A stretch of DNA of 64,000 nucleotides from a virus (lineage: Duplodnaviria > Caudoviricetes): the IMG/VR virus record IMGVR_UViG_3300020045_002296, positions 1-64,000 of that record. The stretch is one strand, 5' to 3'. This document shows positions 37,690-47,035 of the stretch, one piece after another (within the stretch, counting starts at the first letter, position 1; every line of letters starts with the position of its first letter). A program made the translations under genes and the position numbers. The notes under the pieces were generated by a model that did no database searches, was not told the origin of the DNA, and worked only from the letters and a program-made list of their open reading frames with translations.

Positions 37690-38640
37690 ATGGCAGTAAT
37701 TACACCTCCAAGTATAACACCAGCGCCAACACCTGCACCTCAACGAAACGACAGAACTACGTTCTCTAGTAGGGTTGATGCTTTTGTTACGTGGCTGATT
37801 ACAGCAGTAACAGAGTTCGGTGCTGTAGCGACTAATGTAGCATTGAATGCAACTGATGCAGCTACGTCAGCTAGTACAGCCAGTACACAAGCTGCTAATG
37901 CTAGTAATTCTGCTGGAACAGCTACTACAAAAGCCTCAGAGGCTGCTGCAAGTGCTGTTTTAGCTGCTAATTTAACAGAAGCATACCAAGGTGCACTAGG
38001 AAGTGACCCTACCTTAGATCGTCACGGAAATGCTCTAACGGCAGGTGATTGGTATACTAATTCAACTACAGGATTTATCAGAGCTTATACAGGTTCTGCA
38101 TGGGTTAATGGTTTAACTGCTATAGCTGGTGTAACTAGTATAAACGGATACACAGGAGTTGTTACTGGTATTGTTGATTTAAGTACAGCTCAGACGTTAA
38201 GTAACAAGACGCTCTCGGCAGCTACAAACAACGTTGAAGCACGGTCACTTAAAAGCGCTACAACAACGGTAGACGTGTCTAGCGCAGCTGCGCCGACAGC
38301 GGGGCAAGTGCTGACAGCGACAAGTGGGACAGCTGCTACATGGCAAACAGTGGGTACCGGTACCGGTACACTCACAGACGTAAAAGCCAGTCGCGCAGCG
38401 TCAACGACATACACAAATTCAGGCGCAACGACGCGCTGGGTGTTAGCCACTGGTAATTGCTCTCCTTCGGTGTGGGCCTCCTTTGTAGCGACCGTCGGCG
38501 GGGTTGAGCGAACATACAACGCTACAACATCAGGGACGACAGGTTCTACGCTTCCGGTCATATTTCCAGTACCGCCTGGCGCTACGTACAGCATTGCAAT
38601 CAATAACTGCACGATTTTCCATTGGCATGAATTTCAATAA
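37690..38640 (+). CDS. tail fiber
   Basis: PQRNDRTTFSSRVDAFVTWL; Ala/Ser/Thr-rich stalk; GVTSING; AQTLSNKTL. Confidence 0.75.
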   Translation: MAVITPPSITPAPTPAPQRNDRTTFSSRVDAFVTWLITAVTEFGAVATNVALNATDAATSASTASTQAANASNSAGTATTKASEAAASAVLAANLTEAYQGALGSDPTLDRHGNALTAGDWYTNSTTGFIRAYTGSAWVNGLTAIAGVTSINGYTGVVTGIVDLSTAQTLSNKTLSAATNNVEARSLKSATTTVDVSSAAAPTAGQVLTATSGTAATWQTVGTGTGTLTDVKASRAASTTYTNSGATTRWVLATGNCSPSVWASFVATVGGVERTYNATTSGTTGSTLPVIFPVPPGATYSIAINNCTIFHWHEFQ

Positions 38641-38651
38641 TCGGGGAACAC

Positions 38652-39137
38652 ATGAAATACTTTATTGATGCGGCGCTTCAAACCTTCGCCTTTGAAGACT
38701 CCGACACTGACGAATTCATTGCGCAGTATGCACAACCGGAATGGGTACCAGTCTCGAATATTCCGGTTGATCCACCCAAGCCAGCAATTGATCCAATCAC
38801 TCAAGCTGTTGTTCGTGATGGCTGCGAATTTGTGGACGGGCAGTGGCGGTACAAATGGCGGGTGGATCAACTCTCCCCCGAGCAGATTGAGGCTGTCCGA
38901 AAAGCAGCCGTCCCAGCATCAGTGAGCCCGCGACAAATCCGCCAAGCACTTACCCGTATTGGGTGGCGCTCATCGGTAGAGGCCGCAGTGCTGGCTGGAG
39001 ACCATGATACTAAAGACTGGTGGGAGTTTGCTACAGTGTTTGAACGTAATCATCCAAAGGTAGTATCTATGGGGCTCGCTCTTAATCAGAGTCCGTTACA
39101 AATGGATGACTTGTTTACACTAGCAGGAACACTATAA
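38652..39137 (+). CDS. tail fiber accessory protein
   Basis: VPASVSPRQIRQAL...WWEFATVFERNHP. Confidence 0.65.
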   Translation: MKYFIDAALQTFAFEDSDTDEFIAQYAQPEWVPVSNIPVDPPKPAIDPITQAVVRDGCEFVDGQWRYKWRVDQLSPEQIEAVRKAAVPASVSPRQIRQALTRIGWRSSVEAAVLAGDHDTKDWWEFATVFERNHPKVVSMGLALNQSPLQMDDLFTLAGTL

Positions 39138-39140
39138 CCC

Positions 39141-39383
39141 ATGTGCTGTCTTAAAAACGTAGCCATAGGTATAGATCAACTTCTCAACACTATATTAGAA
39201 GGTTTACCAGATGAAACACTATCAAGTAGAGCTTACCGAACGGAACAAACTGGGGCAATACTAGGGAAGTTCTTTAGACCTTTAATTGATGGTATTTTAT
39301 TCTGGGATGCTCAACACTGTTATCACTCTTACTTATCTGAGATTAACAGAAAGCAAACCTTTAGACAGGATGAACTTAAATGA
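39141..39383 (+). CDS. conserved phage hypothetical protein
   Basis: IGIDQLLNTI..G.PDETLSSRAYR...HCYHSY. Confidence 0.65.
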   Translation: MCCLKNVAIGIDQLLNTILEGLPDETLSSRAYRTEQTGAILGKFFRPLIDGILFWDAQHCYHSYLSEINRKQTFRQDELK

Positions 39384-39817
39384 CTAAACATAAACTCCTA
39401 AAAGAACTCTCACATACTTTATGGGATAGTGACTTACTTGTATCTAGGATTACATTAGCTATTGCTGAATTCTCATGGGCTGTTATGTTACTTTGGCCCG
39501 GTGAGACTTTTGATCGTAAGATATATTCAACAATGGCTTTATTTACTACAGAAGAAGTATGGGGATTTGTATTCCTAGCTAGCGCAGTTATTCAAGTATA
39601 TATTGTTTTAAGCGGTAGTATACACAGCAAACTATCTGAGTTATTCGCAGGATGGAACGCAGTATTCTGGATAGCCGCTATGGTTAGCTTGCTGTTGTCT
39701 ATGAAGTACCCAGCTAGTGCTACATTAAGTGGAAATATTGCAGTATCTTGTGTAGCTGTTTGGATATGGATTAGACCTTTTATTTTAAAGAGAGGATACA
39801 AACGTGCAGGATATTAA
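39380..39817 (+). CDS. multi-pass membrane protein (lysis region)
   Basis: about four hydrophobic segments. Confidence 0.6.
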   Translation: MTKHKLLKELSHTLWDSDLLVSRITLAIAEFSWAVMLLWPGETFDRKIYSTMALFTTEEVWGFVFLASAVIQVYIVLSGSIHSKLSELFAGWNAVFWIAAMVSLLLSMKYPASATLSGNIAVSCVAVWIWIRPFILKRGYKRAGY

Positions 39818-40115
39818 CGGTGTACCTCAAAGACGATCAAGTGATGTTTTAGTCAATAACACTTTAGATGAAATCCTACAGAAACTAAATGAGATTCAAC
39901 AGAAACAACTAGAGTATTCAAGTGCTTTTACACTAGATGACTTAGGTAAACCTGATTTCTCTGGACACAGGAAGAAGCACATATCTATGGACAAAGCCCA
40001 CGAACTAATGGATAAGTACAAGACAGATGCCACAAAACGATTCATTGACATTTTCGTAAGCGCTTTCTGTACTTTGTTACTTGCTGGTTTATTCGCTTAT
40101 TTAAAGCTACACTAA
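39804..40115 (+). CDS. membrane-anchored protein, holin/antiholin candidate
   Basis: C-terminal TM segment; next to the endolysin. Confidence 0.5.
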   Translation: MQDINGVPQRRSSDVLVNNTLDEILQKLNEIQQKQLEYSSAFTLDDLGKPDFSGHRKKHISMDKAHELMDKYKTDATKRFIDIFVSAFCTLLLAGLFAYLKLH

Positions 40116-40176
40116 ATAAAGGAACATATGTTTTTAATTCTACCTTATCTTCTTATTCAGGACTGGACTAACCTAG

Positions 40177-40779
40177 GTGAATACCGTGAGTTTAGTTTGG
40201 AATAAACAAAATAACTATGAGTACACCTTAGAAGAACTCCGGTTAATTCTTGGATGTACTTCTAAGGTTGCTCAGTCATGGCTTGCGCCATTGAATGAAT
40301 CCTGTATTTTAGCAGAGATCACCACAAGAGAACAAGCAGCGGCTTACTTAGCGCAACTTGGTCATGAGAGTGGTTACTTCAAGTACACTAGTGAGATATA
40401 CGGACCTACAGCACAACAACTGAAGTATGAACTACCTAACTCACTAGCCAAGACCTTAGGTAACACTCAAGTTGGTGACGGCTACAAGTACAGAGGTCGT
40501 GGATTACTCCAGATTACAGGTAGAGCTAACTACAGAGCTTGTACACTGGGTTTACGCAAGTACTTCTCAGGAGTACCTGACTTCGAGACTAATCCTCATG
40601 AACTTTCTAGTGCTAAGTACGCAGCGTTAAGTGCTGGGTTATTCTGGAGAACTCACAAACTGAATGATTACGTCAATAAGTACGACTTCACGGGTTTAAC
40701 CAAAAGAATCAACGGCGGTACTAACGGATTAGCTCATAGACAATCTTTGTATGTTCAAGGGTTATTGAACTTACATTAA
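40177..40779 (+). CDS. endolysin, glycoside hydrolase family 19
   Basis: AQLGHESG, YRGRGLLQITGRANY, TKRINGGTNGL. Confidence 0.92.
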   Translation: MNTVSLVWNKQNNYEYTLEELRLILGCTSKVAQSWLAPLNESCILAEITTREQAAAYLAQLGHESGYFKYTSEIYGPTAQQLKYELPNSLAKTLGNTQVGDGYKYRGRGLLQITGRANYRACTLGLRKYFSGVPDFETNPHELSSAKYAALSAGLFWRTHKLNDYVNKYDFTGLTKRINGGTNGLAHRQSLYVQGLLNLH

Positions 40780-40793
40780 CAAGAAAGGAAATT

Positions 40794-41408
40794 ATGTTTG
40801 AAATAGCAAGTGGTATTTTAGCGAGTGTATTCAGTGGTGGAGCTACCGGATTAATCGGTGTAGGATTGCAGCAGTTCTTTAGCTATAAACAAAAGCAACA
40901 AGATATTGAGATCATTAAGTTAAACCTAGAGAACTCCTTACAGTTAGCTAAGATTGAAACTGAGCGAACTCTACTGAAGTCTCAAGGCGATGCTAAGATA
41001 GCTGAGATTGTAGCCGAAGGAGCTACAGACGTAGCTAAGCAAGCTACATTACAACAGCAAGAAGAAACCCAAGTACGTTCATTTGAAGCTTCTGTAGAAA
41101 ACGACTCAATGAAGTACACTCCGCTGGAAGCATTCAAGGTTGAGAACTACGCAACTAAGATCGGTACTTTGATGCTTGCATTTGTAGATGCTATCAGAGG
41201 CATTACACGCCCTGCAATGACGTGGTACTTGTGCGGGTTGACTTCTGCTATGTTCTACTGGGCTAGTTCTCTGGCTACACAGAATGGTATCACGTTGGAG
41301 GCTACTCAAATTGTTGCTTTAATACAGCAAGTAATCTCGACAGTTTTGTATGTGTTCACAACTGCTGCTGTTTGGTGGTTCGGTTCTAGACCACAATCAC
41401 AGAAGTAA
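40794..41408 (+). CDS. holin-like membrane protein (3TM type)
   Basis: AIRGITRPAMTW...AAVWWFGSR. Confidence 0.65.
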   Translation: MFEIASGILASVFSGGATGLIGVGLQQFFSYKQKQQDIEIIKLNLENSLQLAKIETERTLLKSQGDAKIAEIVAEGATDVAKQATLQQQEETQVRSFEASVENDSMKYTPLEAFKVENYATKIGTLMLAFVDAIRGITRPAMTWYLCGLTSAMFYWASSLATQNGITLEATQIVALIQQVISTVLYVFTTAAVWWFGSRPQSQK

Positions 41409-41423
41409 AATTTAACTGGCGAC

Positions 41424-41457
41424 AAGCCCCTTGGTGAAAGCCTTGGGGATTTCTTTA
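41424..41457 (+). terminator. intrinsic terminator ending the late operon
   Basis: cccc...gggg stem then T-rich tail. Confidence 0.55.
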
Positions 41458-41527
41458 TTTGTGCTTAAATAATTCTTGTTGAGACTGAAAGTTGTGCTAG
41501 ACTACGCATCTTAAACGAAAGGACTAC

Positions 41528-41758
41528 ATGAAGTCGCAAAAGTGGTTTGATAAATTAGACGACAGGATAATGGTGCTATATCGAATGGACTCAGCAATAA
41601 AGCTTGGTCGGATGCAAGGTGAACTGTACGCTAGTCAAATGCAGAACTACTATTTAGGAATAGGTGATAAGCCTGAACCTTTAGGTGTAACACCAGAGCA
41701 TAAACTACAACGTCACTTGGAACGTGAGTTCAAGCGTGAAAAGAAGAAAGTGAGATAA
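41528..41758 (+). CDS. hypothetical protein
   Basis: SD aaagga; upstream TGTGCTAGACT promoter-like site. Confidence 0.55.
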   Translation: MKSQKWFDKLDDRIMVLYRMDSAIKLGRMQGELYASQMQNYYLGIGDKPEPLGVTPEHKLQRHLEREFKREKKKVR

Positions 41759-41807
41759 ACCAAACACTAACAAAGGATAATATAAGTAAAAATTTAACTA
41801 AGCCTTA

Positions 41808-41840
41808 CCCTGTTTCCATTCGTGGTTACAGGGTTTTCTG
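41808..41840 (+). terminator. terminator-like hairpin
   Basis: accctgt...acagggt then ttt. Confidence 0.5.
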
Positions 41841-41922
41841 TTTCTGGAGTGCTATCTCTAAGAAAGTTCTGGACTCTGGAAGAACTTGTGGTACACTTTA
41901 GACTTAACTAAAGGAAAAACGA

Positions 41923-42288
41923 ATGACACCACACCAGAAACTTAAATATCTAGCACTTATTACATTTGATTCTGAGCTTCTAGTCACAGAAAAGAATGTT
42001 GATAAACTTTTTGATCTGTACTACGATGATCTTCAAGATATTCTCTATGATATGCGCGGTGGTGATGTAGAGACAGAACTACCATGTGAATACTCCCGTC
42101 ACTACGAGTCCTACAGTGTAGCTGTTAAAACACCAGACGGCTCTTACGTAGGTTGGACATACTGGTACGGTGGTGGAAAGCACAGTGAACCAGAGGCTGA
42201 ACCTTGGATGAACAAAGCTTATAATTTAAGCTGTACAGAAGAACAGAAGCTCGTTACAATCCAGACCTTCACTAAGGTAGATCAATGA
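41923..42288 (+). CDS. hypothetical protein
   Basis: YSRHYES..VAVK..DGSYVGWTYWYGGGKH. Confidence 0.65.
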   Translation: MTPHQKLKYLALITFDSELLVTEKNVDKLFDLYYDDLQDILYDMRGGDVETELPCEYSRHYESYSVAVKTPDGSYVGWTYWYGGGKHSEPEAEPWMNKAYNLSCTEEQKLVTIQTFTKVDQ

Positions 42289-42554
42289 AAGTCCACGAGA
42301 TTAGTACACCTTCACTATACACATCAAGCTGGCGTAAGATCACACCAGTTCAGAAAGCTGAGTTTCTCAAGAGGGAGCTCCTTGGTGATGACTTCTGGAT
42401 TAAGAATAAGCAAGAACTTGATCTGTGCATGAGCTTCCGTAAAGCAATCAAAGGCAAGCCAACAGAAGAACAGTTGTACTTGCTGGAAGAAAACAAATAT
42501 GAAATAAAGCGCTTACGTAGGTTACTGTTTGGTGTAGAATTTCAGAATACTTAA
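42285..42554 (+). CDS. hypothetical protein
   Basis: stop/start overlap. Confidence 0.55.
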   Translation: MKVHEISTPSLYTSSWRKITPVQKAEFLKRELLGDDFWIKNKQELDLCMSFRKAIKGKPTEEQLYLLEENKYEIKRLRRLLFGVEFQNT

Positions 42555-42567
42555 AGAAAGGCATAGA

Positions 42568-42900
42568 ATGCTTGAACAAGATTTCAACAATATTATCGAC
42601 TATTTGCTTAAACATAAGATTTCCATTACACTTCGGTTAGATGGAAACAATAATCGTTGGTACATTCTGAATACGCTGATGAAAAGTGACTTAGAGATTG
42701 CTTACGAAGATGGTGAACTTTGTTATAAAGGTAGATACGACAAACAAGGAACCTGTGACGATTTAGATGGCTTACTTCACGAAGTAAAAGGTTGTATGCA
42801 CGGGCGTGATTATGCGTGTTCATATTGGATTGACCTGCTTGTACTCCACAAGAAGATTACCGTAAAAACAGAAGTAACAACCAAAACAACTTACAGTTAA
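42568..42900 (+). CDS. hypothetical protein
   Basis: co-oriented ORF. Confidence 0.6.
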   Translation: MLEQDFNNIIDYLLKHKISITLRLDGNNNRWYILNTLMKSDLEIAYEDGELCYKGRYDKQGTCDDLDGLLHEVKGCMHGRDYACSYWIDLLVLHKKITVKTEVTTKTTYS

Positions 42901-42907
42901 GGAACAT

Positions 42908-43318
42908 ATGACCGAACAAATACAAGAACCACTCCCAGACACAGCAGGAATGCTCCAGTTGATCTCTAAATGCTTAATCGAGGGTCAGTGCCCAAGTTTA
43001 GCTTCGCACTGCGACAGAGCCTCTAAAGAGATTCTAGAGCTACGTGCTAAGGTACTACACTTAGAGAAGATAACAAGCAGAGTTCTTGAGGAACACTGGA
43101 AGAATGAGATGCACGATAAACTAGAAAACGAGGATTACAGACGGAATGGGCATAGCAGTAAATTCAGTAAAGTAGTACGGGAGCTTACTCTTAATGCTGC
43201 TTTATTAACTACAAACGTACAGAATACAACCTTCAGTACAACACAAGAACGAACCAACGGTGTATCACAGATTGATTGGATTACAGAGTTAGATAAAATG
43301 AAAGGTACAAGTGTATGA
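42908..43318 (+). CDS. hypothetical protein
   Basis: SD ggaa; overlap with next gene. Confidence 0.55.
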   Translation: MTEQIQEPLPDTAGMLQLISKCLIEGQCPSLASHCDRASKEILELRAKVLHLEKITSRVLEEHWKNEMHDKLENEDYRRNGHSSKFSKVVRELTLNAALLTTNVQNTTFSTTQERTNGVSQIDWITELDKMKGTSV

Positions 43319-43524
43319 AACTAGATTTAGTAAAAGACCTATATGACCAGTCTGTGTATAATTGTATGTTAAATGAGCACCCAACAAGAGCTTGGTTGTT
43401 TGAAAAAGAGCTGATTGAAGCCACAGTTAAGGAGTGCGCTAAGGTTATGTCACAAGACTTAGGTGAAGACCTGTGTAAGATTATGTTTGAACACTTGGAA
43501 TTAAAGAGGCAGTATGAACTTTAA
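43315..43524 (+). CDS. hypothetical protein
   Basis: overlaps ligase start. Confidence 0.55.
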   Translation: MKLDLVKDLYDQSVYNCMLNEHPTRAWLFEKELIEATVKECAKVMSQDLGEDLCKIMFEHLELKRQYEL

Positions 43525-44458
43525 ACCACAACTAGCTAAAGACTACAACGAACAGAAACTGAAGTTTCCTTTGTACGTTCTTCCTAAAATTGATGGCGTT
43601 CGTATGCTTAACTTAAATGGTAAAGCCCTAGGTCGTTCATTAAAACCTCACGGGAATCTTCACACAACAGAGAAATTCTCGAAGGATTGCTTTGAGGGTC
43701 TTGACGGTGAAATGGTCTTGGGTAACAATCCAACAGCACCTAACTTATGTAGTAATACCTCTGGAGTTATCTCACGTATCAAAGGTGAACCAGAGATGTA
43801 CTGGTGGTGTTTTGATCTGCTGAACGAAGAAACGAAAGACCTTGGGTATATTGATAGATACTATGCGATGCGTCGTAAAGTGTTTGAACTACAAGAGAAA
43901 GGCTTTAAGTACATCCAGTATATTCCTATTGTTAAGGTTGACTCTCTAGAGGAACTACTTGAACTGGAACAGAAGTATCTCTCAGAAGGTTATGAAGGTG
44001 TTATCATCCGTAACGGAGCTGCTAAGTACAAACAAGGTCGAAGTAGCTCTACCAGGGCTGATTACTGGCGTATCAAACGATTCACTGATGCAGAAGCTAT
44101 CTGTACGGGATTGAACGAAGGTGATACTAACTTGAATGAAGCTAAGGTAAATGAACTTGGTCATACTGAACGGTCATCACACAAGGATAACCTCCAAAGC
44201 AATGGAGTGGTTGGTTCGTTGAGTTGTACTTTGATTGAAGACCTACTCGGTACAACAGGTGAACTTCAAGTTAAAGCTGGTACTAGCATTACGGTTTCTC
44301 CGGGTGTATTAACACTGGAAGAACGGAAGTACTACTGGGAGAATCAACAAGAGATGATTGGTAAGATTATTAAGTTCAAGAGTTTTGCTTTTGGAAACAA
44401 AGATAAACCTAGGTTCCCGACTTACTTGTCACAGCGTGTACAATCAGATATGTCTTAA
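43514..44458 (+). CDS. ATP-dependent DNA ligase
   Basis: KIDGVR adenylation motif; LDGEM; YEGVIIR; DKPRFP. Confidence 0.93.
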   Translation: MNFKPQLAKDYNEQKLKFPLYVLPKIDGVRMLNLNGKALGRSLKPHGNLHTTEKFSKDCFEGLDGEMVLGNNPTAPNLCSNTSGVISRIKGEPEMYWWCFDLLNEETKDLGYIDRYYAMRRKVFELQEKGFKYIQYIPIVKVDSLEELLELEQKYLSEGYEGVIIRNGAAKYKQGRSSSTRADYWRIKRFTDAEAICTGLNEGDTNLNEAKVNELGHTERSSHKDNLQSNGVVGSLSCTLIEDLLGTTGELQVKAGTSITVSPGVLTLEERKYYWENQQEMIGKIIKFKSFAFGNKDKPRFPTYLSQRVQSDMS

Positions 44459-44473
44459 CAAAAGAGAGAATAA

Positions 44474-44671
44474 ATGTTAATTAAACACACAGCAGATGTA
44501 ATGATGTACTACTATGAAGAACCCGAGCACTATGTAGTAGTTGCATACGAGGGTTCTAGGAATGTTTATCTTAACGAGTTCACAGATAAAGAACTTGCAT
44601 CAGTGGAATTTGATAAACAAGAGAGATTACACAGTAACCTAAAGAAAGATAAGAATGAACACAAACGATAA
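44474..44671 (+). CDS. hypothetical protein
   Basis: co-oriented ORF. Confidence 0.5.
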   Translation: MLIKHTADVMMYYYEEPEHYVVVAYEGSRNVYLNEFTDKELASVEFDKQERLHSNLKKDKNEHKR

Positions 44672-45059
44672 ACTAACACAAACAGATACACAAACAGATA
44701 CACAAACAGATACACAAACAGATACACAAACAGATACACAAACAGATACACAAACAGATACACAAACAGATACACAAACAGATACACAAACAGATACACA
44801 AAGCCTAACAGCTAACCTGAAGATCAGTCATCCAGAAGTACCAAAGGTAGAACCTATTGTAGTTCTGCCAGAAGTCTCAGCAGGACTTACTTTGGAAGAA
44901 TTAGCTTTGCAATGTCCGCTTACATTTCACGATGTAAAGATTCTTCTTAACGAGAGTAATACAGTACACGAAGGTTTACAGGCACTAGCAAGCTTGCAGT
45001 ATGTATACGCGGATGCTATGGCTGCTGAACGGTATAAACGTAGTAAAGGTATGAAGTGA
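44655..45059 (+). CDS. hypothetical protein with (TQTD)10 tract
   Basis: ORF spans the 12-bp tandem repeat in frame. Confidence 0.6.
   Translation: MNTNDKLTQTDTQTDTQTDTQTDTQTDTQTDTQTDTQTDTQTDTQTDTQSLTANLKISHPEVPKVEPIVVLPEVSAGLTLEELALQCPLTFHDVKILLNESNTVHEGLQALASLQYVYADAMAAERYKRSKGMK
44676..44801 (+). repeat. perfect tandem repeat (ACACAAACAGAT) x10.5
   Basis: 120 nt of exact units plus ACACAA. Confidence 0.97.
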
Positions 45060-45304
45060 TGAAAGCTAAATTAATTAAAGTAGATATTTTGTATATTGAT
45101 GGTAACAAAACAGATAATACGACTTGCTTTGTGCAGTTTGATCCTGAGTACTTCGTCGGATGCTCTGTTTATACTGACAGTATTCGTAACGGTTGCTTGT
45201 CGGTAGAACCTTATGAACAAGCGGGCAATGTTTATAAGTGTAAGTTCGATGGTGGCAAATCAGGAAGTGGTATTGTAAGTAAAGAATGGTTCGATAAACA
45301 ATAA
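45056..45304 (+). CDS. hypothetical protein
   Basis: overlap with previous stop. Confidence 0.55.
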   Translation: MMKAKLIKVDILYIDGNKTDNTTCFVQFDPEYFVGCSVYTDSIRNGCLSVEPYEQAGNVYKCKFDGGKSGSGIVSKEWFDKQ

Positions 45305-45316
45305 AGGTATGAAGTA

Positions 45317-46969
45317 ATGGGATACGATGGTAAATCACTTAAAAAGGATAAAATGCAAGACTACACACCAAAAGAAACAATCAAGGATATTTCTCAATAT
45401 CCTTTCGTAGCTAACAAGGAACGTAATCTACGTAAAGAAACACTAGAACGTTTCGGTGTTCGTGCTGGTGTATCCGAGACTGATGGTAAAACTGTAGAGG
45501 CTTGGTATTATCCTAGTTATAATCAAAAGGGTAAGATTGTAGGTTACTCCAAGCAGGATGTGACTAAGACTAAAGATGAACCTTATTACTGGAGTACTGT
45601 TGGTAGCGTTAGTATCGGAAATAAGCTATTTGGTCAAGAGACTATGGAGGGTGTTAAACGCAAGCGAGTCAACCTAGTTGTAACTGAAGGTCAAATTGAT
45701 GCAATTAGCGTTTTTCAAGCACTAGTAGATAGTGTAGCTGGGACTAAGTACGAAGGTATTGAACCGTTGGTCGTTAGTATCCCTATGGGTACGTCTAATG
45801 CTGTAGAGGCTATTCTGCATAATGAGACTTACGTAAAGAGTCACGAATCTCTTACTATGTTCTTTGATGACGATTGCTGTACCCCAGCAGAATCAAAGAA
45901 AGGTATTGTCAAAGGGCATGAAGCACGGGAAGCTGTGGCAAGTGCTCTGGTAGGTAATGGCCTGAGCTTGTTTACTATTACTGCTGAGAACGGTAATAAA
46001 GATGCTAGTGATTACTTGCAAAAAGGTCAAGATGTAGAACTAGCTAAGTTGGTTCAGTGGAATAAACGAGCATTCTCTGCACAGAAGATCGTTCACGTAA
46101 GCGATATTTCCTTTGAGGACTTAATTGAGAAACGTGAAGAAGGCTTGTATGTAGATTGCTTTCCGGGGTTAATGGATAAGATTCATGGATTTCGTACCGG
46201 AGAATTAGTCCTACTTACATCACCTTCAGGGGTTGGAAAAAGTACTGTTACAAGTATTTTTGCAAGTGCATTTCTCGAAGCTAAAGAAAAAGTTGGAATG
46301 ATCTATCTTGAAGAACAAAACAAAGAGACACTACAACGAATGGTTGCTGCTAAATTAAAGGTGAACTATAACAAGTTCAAGAATGATCCACTTGGTTGTG
46401 CTTCTCGTGAAGCTATTCTTGAAGCATACACATCTTTAAAGGAGAATGATCAACTGATTATGCTTGGACATTTTGGTTCCTTGCCTATCACTGAGTTGAT
46501 GAGCAAAATCAAACACATGCATTTAGTAGAAGGTTGCCGTTATATTATCTGTGACCATCTTTCTGTGGTCATCAGCGGGTCTGATATTGCAAATGAACGT
46601 AAAGAACTCGATATGATTATGACTGAACTTGCAGCCTTTTGCGCAGCTAATGATGTCTGTATTATTGCAGTCTCACACATTAACCGTGGAGATGGGACGA
46701 TGTTTAAGGCACCTAAAGGTAAAGAAGAAGAACCTTTTTGGGTTCGGGTAACTAAAGAGATGATGCGCGGGTCAGCAGCTCTAGAGCAACTAAGCTTTAT
46801 CATTATCGGTCTTGAGCCCGAGATTTTACCTGATAGATCACGAGGGCGTGTACGGCTTACAGTACTGAAAAACAGACCTTGGAGTTATTTAGGTGCAGCA
46901 GACGTGTTCACTGTTGATGACGATACTTGGGCTGTTATTCTTTCTGAAGCTGGTCAATCAGACTTTTAG
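45317..46969 (+). CDS. T7 gp4-like primase-helicase
   Basis: TOPRIM VVTEGQIDA, FFDDD; Walker A SPSGVGKST; ICDHLS; VSHINR; LKNR. Confidence 0.92.
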   Translation: MGYDGKSLKKDKMQDYTPKETIKDISQYPFVANKERNLRKETLERFGVRAGVSETDGKTVEAWYYPSYNQKGKIVGYSKQDVTKTKDEPYYWSTVGSVSIGNKLFGQETMEGVKRKRVNLVVTEGQIDAISVFQALVDSVAGTKYEGIEPLVVSIPMGTSNAVEAILHNETYVKSHESLTMFFDDDCCTPAESKKGIVKGHEAREAVASALVGNGLSLFTITAENGNKDASDYLQKGQDVELAKLVQWNKRAFSAQKIVHVSDISFEDLIEKREEGLYVDCFPGLMDKIHGFRTGELVLLTSPSGVGKSTVTSIFASAFLEAKEKVGMIYLEEQNKETLQRMVAAKLKVNYNKFKNDPLGCASREAILEAYTSLKENDQLIMLGHFGSLPITELMSKIKHMHLVEGCRYIICDHLSVVISGSDIANERKELDMIMTELAAFCAANDVCIIAVSHINRGDGTMFKAPKGKEEEPFWVRVTKEMMRGSAALEQLSFIIIGLEPEILPDRSRGRVRLTVLKNRPWSYLGAADVFTVDDDTWAVILSEAGQSDF

Positions 46970-46982
46970 TATAATTTAGAAC

Positions 46983-47011
46983 TTGTAATACCTAGTATTT
47001 TGTGGTATAAT
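46983..47011 (+). promoter_or_regulatory. promoter of HNH cassette
   Basis: TTGTAA-17-TATAAT with extended -10 TGTGG. Confidence 0.65.
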
Positions 47012-47035
47012 CCTATTTTAAAACAAAGGAGGATT

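Noticed and set aside
37690-39137. Diversity-generating retroelement or invertase system at the fibre
   Set aside because: No reverse transcriptase, template/variable repeat pair, recombinase or inverted repeats seen.
16189-43000. Antisense or alternate-frame ORFs inside structural genes (e.g. 16189, 18272, 26928, 30041, 32165, 33866, 38190)
   Set aside because: Shadows of well-supported genes; no SD or motifs.
44566-44799. Antisense ORF (YLFV)n
   Set aside because: Only the reverse reading of the tandem repeat; no SD, opposite to the operon.
44676-44801. CRISPR-like array
   Set aside because: Contiguous 12-bp units with no spacers, in frame inside an ORF; no cas genes.
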